Shown here in pieces: positions 60,283 to 64,000 of a stretch of 64,000 bases of DNA. The first letter of the stretch is position 1. Every line of letters begins with the position of its first letter. The stretch is taken from the IMG/VR virus record IMGVR_UViG_3300050120_000170, positions 1 to 64,000 of that record; one strand, 5' to 3'. Origin of the DNA: a virus. A model generated the notes under the pieces. That model made no database searches. It was not told the DNA's origin and saw only the letters and a program-made list of their open reading frames with translations. The position numbers were made by a program, and so were the translations under genes.

Positions 60283-60407
60283 ACTGGGCTACCAATGAGG
60301 GCTTCCCGGCCTTCATGTCCCAGGTGGACGAGTTCAAGTACAGCTCCGCCCACCAGTATCGCCAACGCGATCTAATAACCCTCCTCCTCGCACTTAAAGG
60401 ACGCTAG
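60168..60407 (+). CDS. -1 frame extension ORF (GT-like frameshift product tail)
   Basis: Overlaps the chaperone gene in the -1 frame, which is open from 60063. Ends 1 nt before the tape-measure GTG. Confidence 0.4.
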   Translation: MGCANYIVKLFGVYRFLAEVDRDRQFWREDGGVVSTILDWATNEGFPAFMSQVDEFKYSSAHQYRQRDLITLLLALKGR

Positions 60408-62006
60408 GTGCCCGTCAGGTCTGTCATTGACATCGACGTTAACGACGCGAAGTTCAAGGCCTTCCAGGCTGACTTCGCGAAGTATGACGCTATGCTCAAA
60501 AAGATGCCGGGAGCCTGGGCCTCCGCCGCGACCTCTCAGGACAGCATGAAAGAGGGCTTTGTAGGTATGGCGGCAGCCATGATGGCCCAGCTGGACTTCC
60601 TACGCAAGAAGGAGAAGGCGGAGGCGGAGGCCGCCCGGGCGGCCCGGGAGCAGGTCACGCTCTGGGATAGCCTCTCGCGCAGCACCAAGTCCGTCGCCGG
60701 CAACATCGCCTCGGCGACCTCTCAACTGCTAAAGTGGACGGCGCTCACGAGCGTCGTCTCCGGGCTCCTCGGGGTCGGGGGCCTGTTCGGCATCGAGCGG
60801 CTGGCAGGCGGGGTGGCCTCTGGGAGGCGATCCTCCCTCGGTGTCGGGTCTTCCTTCGGTGAACAGGCCGCTTTCGGGGTTAACTTCTCCCGGCTCGTAG
60901 ACCCGGACAGCTTCCTCGGGTCCGTAAACGAGGCGCAGCACGACGTGACAAAACGCTCAGCGTTCTACGGCGCAGGGTTGCGGGAAGGGGATATTGCTGG
61001 CCGGTCTAGTGCGCAAGTCGGGACACAGCTCCTCGGTGCATTAAAACGCATCGTAGATGCCACCCCCGAGGCTCAGCTTCAGCAAACCCTGACGGCCCGG
61101 CACCTAGACCAGTTCCTGAGCCTTCAGGACGCCCAGCGGCTGCGTAGCATGAGCCCGGCGGAACTCGCTGAGCTTCAGGGTGGGTTCCGAACGGATCAAC
61201 GCTCGCTCGGGCTATCCGCTGACAACCAGAAGATTTGGACGGACTTCTCCACCCAGATGTCCCGGGCGGGCGGGACGATTGAGAACGTATTCGTGAAGGG
61301 TCTCACGCCCCTCATCCCCTCCCTCAATTCCCTGTCCAAGTCCGTCACCCAAGCGGTGGAGACCTTCCTCTCAACTCCCAAGCTAGGGGAGTGGATTAGG
61401 GACCTCGGGACCGGCCTGGAGAAGGCTGCCACCTATCTCGGCTCGGACGACTTCCAGGAGAAGGTCAAGAAGTTCGTGGAGGCCTTCGGGGACATCGTAG
61501 ACACGGTGGTGAAGGTGGCCCCCTACGTCCAGCACCCCACAAAAGTTTTTAGCAGCAACCTTCTCGGGAACCCGTTTCAGCCGGGCACCTTTGATGGAGG
61601 AGGCAACAACCCAGGCAACCTCCGCCCTCCCGGGTCCAAGACCGGCTTCCAGACCTTCGCAACCCCGGAGGAGGGTTACAAGGCGATGGCCCGCCAGCTT
61701 AAGCTGTACGCGGACCGGGACCACCTGGACACGGTGAACGATATTGTCTCCAAGTGGGCTCCACCGAGTGAGAACGACACCGCCGCCTATATCGGTGACG
61801 TGTCCAAGCGGTCCGGCCTCGGGGCGACCGACAAGCTTAACCTCAACGATCCGGACCAGATGGCGCGGCTCATCGCGGCCATGGCCCACCACGAGAACTC
61901 CCGAAACAACATCACCCCGCAGCAGGTCAAGATCACCCTGTACGGGGCTCCCGGCGGAAACGCCGTTGCGAACGCCCAACAGGCGGCAACCCCAGGTCAG
62001 AATTGA
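60408..62006 (+). CDS. tape measure protein with C-terminal NNPG-type domain
   Basis: 532 aa with a helical, Ala-rich N-terminus. C-terminus reads GGGNNPGNLRPPGSKTGFQTFATPEEGYKAMARQLKLY..SKWAPPSENDTAAY. Confidence 0.65.
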   Translation: MPVRSVIDIDVNDAKFKAFQADFAKYDAMLKKMPGAWASAATSQDSMKEGFVGMAAAMMAQLDFLRKKEKAEAEAARAAREQVTLWDSLSRSTKSVAGNIASATSQLLKWTALTSVVSGLLGVGGLFGIERLAGGVASGRRSSLGVGSSFGEQAAFGVNFSRLVDPDSFLGSVNEAQHDVTKRSAFYGAGLREGDIAGRSSAQVGTQLLGALKRIVDATPEAQLQQTLTARHLDQFLSLQDAQRLRSMSPAELAELQGGFRTDQRSLGLSADNQKIWTDFSTQMSRAGGTIENVFVKGLTPLIPSLNSLSKSVTQAVETFLSTPKLGEWIRDLGTGLEKAATYLGSDDFQEKVKKFVEAFGDIVDTVVKVAPYVQHPTKVFSSNLLGNPFQPGTFDGGGNNPGNLRPPGSKTGFQTFATPEEGYKAMARQLKLYADRDHLDTVNDIVSKWAPPSENDTAAYIGDVSKRSGLGATDKLNLNDPDQMARLIAAMAHHENSRNNITPQQVKITLYGAPGGNAVANAQQAATPGQN

Positions 62007-62743
62007 GCCCTCCCCCCGGCCTCCTCGCATTCAAGCTATCGTTTGAGCTCTCCCCGATCATCCTGACCGGGGGGGCGGCCTCGTTTATCCCGGGTGGTAT
62101 GCTCCCGATTATTGCTCTGACCGAGGCGGCGGACTTCGTGACGGGTCTGCTCAGCGGGAACGTCAACGATGATCTGGATAGTTACTTCGCGCACTTCTAC
62201 CCGATGCCGGGCGGGAAGCTGGCGAATAACTCCATTGGCGAATACCCGTTTGCTAACCAGCAGGTCGCGGCAAACGCAATTATAGCCAATCCGCTGAATA
62301 TTTCAATGCGTATGGTTTGTCCTGCGAAGGGGGATGGGGGGTACGCCCTGAAGCTGGCGACGATGGTAGCCCTACAGGCGGTCATTGCGAACCATACCAA
62401 CTCGGGTGGGACGTTCACGGTGGCCACGCCATCGTACTACTACACGGACCTAATTCTGACCGGCCTAACGGACGTCACCAGCTCGGGCGCGAAGCAGCCC
62501 CAATCCGAGTGGCAGTGGGACTTCACCCAGCCTCTCTTGACCCAGGCGGCGGCGGACGCGGCCATGAACTCGATGATGAATAAGTTGAGTCAGGGGCTCC
62601 CGTCTACGGGGGCGACTTCAGGATTGGATACCACGGTGGGGGCTCCGAATACCCTGGCAACCTCTCAGGTGGCTCCCGTCGCCTCGAATACGGCGGGAAC
62701 CTCGGTGGCGTCTCAGTTGGCGGGCGGGGTGATCCCGGTATGA
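62003..62743 (+). CDS. tail/baseplate protein
   Basis: 246-aa ORF coupled to the tape measure gene. Confidence 0.5.
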   Translation: MSPPPGLLAFKLSFELSPIILTGGAASFIPGGMLPIIALTEAADFVTGLLSGNVNDDLDSYFAHFYPMPGGKLANNSIGEYPFANQQVAANAIIANPLNISMRMVCPAKGDGGYALKLATMVALQAVIANHTNSGGTFTVATPSYYYTDLILTGLTDVTSSGAKQPQSEWQWDFTQPLLTQAAADAAMNSMMNKLSQGLPSTGATSGLDTTVGAPNTLATSQVAPVASNTAGTSVASQLAGGVIPV

Positions 62744-63231
62744 CTACATACACGGACTTTCAGCCGTCCACTCAGCAGGTCTCCACGTTCCAGCCGACGT
62801 TGGATGGGGAGGTGTACGTCTGCACCCTTACCTGGAACCTATTTGGACAACGGTACTATATCAACTGCTCAGACCTCTCGGGCAACCTCATATTCTCACT
62901 CCCCCTAATCGGCTCCCCGGACGGCCTTGCCGTGGAAGCTATTACCTGGGATCAGAGCGTGGTTACCGTAAAGACGGCGGTGCCCCATGGGTACCGGGCG
63001 GGAGTCACAGTAAACCTGACGCTGGCCCAGACGGAACCCTCCGGGTATAGCGGTAACTTCAACATGCTCGTGATCAACGATACCGAGCTGACGTTCTCTC
63101 TCAGTAGTAATCCGGGCATTTGTACGGCTCCGGGGCTCCTGTTCGATAATATCAATATCGCAGGGGGTTATTTTACCACCAGCACTTTGGTATTCCGGAC
63201 TTCATCCTCCCAGTTTGAGGTGACGCCGTGA
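62740..63231 (+). CDS. baseplate-region protein carrying the shared 61-aa domain
   Basis: 163 aa. Domain at 62935-63117. Confidence 0.5.
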   Translation: MTTYTDFQPSTQQVSTFQPTLDGEVYVCTLTWNLFGQRYYINCSDLSGNLIFSLPLIGSPDGLAVEAITWDQSVVTVKTAVPHGYRAGVTVNLTLAQTEPSGYSGNFNMLVINDTELTFSLSSNPGICTAPGLLFDNINIAGGYFTTSTLVFRTSSSQFEVTP

Positions 63232-64000
63232 GGCGGTACAGCATCCAGATTGAGGGAGGTACGGGAGGTCCTACCCGAAACGGCATCTATGATAGTCAGA
63301 TCAACGGCGCGAATAACCCCGGGGCGTTGAACGTAGAGCTGGACATATCAGTGATTAGCTACGATCTTCCGAGCGGGGCGGCTCTCGTCCGCATATGGGG
63401 GATATCCCTGGCGGACATCAGCCAGGCCGCGAATAATAATAACAAGAACATAAAGGTGTTCGCCGGGTTCGGTCCTGGGCTCCCGCTTGCCAACCCAGCG
63501 CAGTACGGCTTGATCCTTCAGGGCTACGTGTTTCAGGCCTATGGTAACTGGATTATGAATAGCCAGACACTGGACCTCATCGTGTTGGCCGGATCGGCTC
63601 CGGCCTCCGGGACGGCGCAGGGGGCTCCAGTCAACCTTTCGCTCAACTGGCCCTCGGGGACCTCGCTCTCGGACGCGATTAAGCAGACCCTGACCACGGC
63701 CTATCCGGGGTACACGGCGAATATTAACATTAGCCCCAACCTTAAGTTCTCGGGGGACCTGCCGGGCTCGTATCAGAACCTAAAACAGTTCTCCACCTAC
63801 ATTCGTCAGGTATCCAAGTCTATCCTGAACAACCCGAGCTACCCGGGGGTGTCGCTGACCCTTCAGGGAAAGACCTTCACTGTGTTTGACGGGACACAGG
63901 CCGCGTCCTCCTCGCCCCGGGCGATAGCTTTTCAGGACCTGGTCAGCCAGCCTACCTGGATCAATGCTCCCTCTATCCAGTTCCGGACGGCTATGCGGGC
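63228..64000 (+). CDS. baseplate/tail protein, 3'-truncated by window end
   Basis: GTGA overlap, and the frame stays open to nt 64000 (not in the ORF track). MRRYSIQIEGGTGGPTRNGIYDSQ.. Confidence 0.55.
   Translation, partial: MRRYSIQIEGGTGGPTRNGIYDSQINGANNPGALNVELDISVISYDLPSGAALVRIWGISLADISQAANNNNKNIKVFAGFGPGLPLANPAQYGLILQGYVFQAYGNWIMNSQTLDLIVLAGSAPASGTAQGAPVNLSLNWPSGTSLSDAIKQTLTTAYPGYTANINISPNLKFSGDLPGSYQNLKQFSTYIRQVSKSILNNPSYPGVSLTLQGKTFTVFDGTQAASSSPRAIAFQDLVSQPTWINAPSIQFRTAMR

Noticed and set aside
1-64000. Prophage or lysogeny call (integrase, CI-like repressor, att sites).
   Set aside because: I recognised no tyrosine or serine recombinase, excisionase or HTH repressor in the window, so lifestyle cannot be inferred. 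Such genes may lie outside the window.

Overview
GC-rich (by eye about 60%) 64-kb stretch of a tailed dsDNA phage genome with a contractile-tail-like structural module. No rRNA, tRNA, CRISPR array, integrase or obvious repressor was recognised. Layout: tail fiber, accessory genes and a lysis cassette (1-8.4 kb). A leftward SNF2 helicase (8.4-10.2 kb). A rightward replication and nucleotide-metabolism arm (10.5-39.5 kb) with prim-pol, two UvrD-like helicases, family A DNA polymerase, DEDDh exonuclease and a Spo11/TopoVI-A-like protein. A leftward operon of small unknown proteins (39.5-43.6 kb). A rightward late operon (44-64 kb) with a NusG/RfaH-like factor, terminase, portal, scaffold, capsid, sheath/tube, tape measure and baseplate. 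The main candidate system is an 11-kb island (17.2-28.3 kb) that looks like a 5-hydroxymethyl-dU based thymidine hypermodification pathway: a ThyA-family hydroxymethylase, dCTP deaminase, HD and MazG-like hydrolases, a P-loop kinase, two pyrophosphorylase-like proteins, a PLP enzyme, a radical SAM enzyme and a SMUG-like glycosylase-fold protein. Other notable signals: a perfect ops-type element just after the NusG/RfaH-like gene, a 181-bp block duplicated at both divergent control regions that holds a 27-codon micro-ORF and GGTCCGYT sites, a 14-nt promoter-associated motif family, an in-frame TAG, a U7 frameshift site, a Nudix-scaffold fusion, and a 61-aa domain shared by four virion proteins. 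All functional calls rest on motif recognition by eye, and no database search was run.
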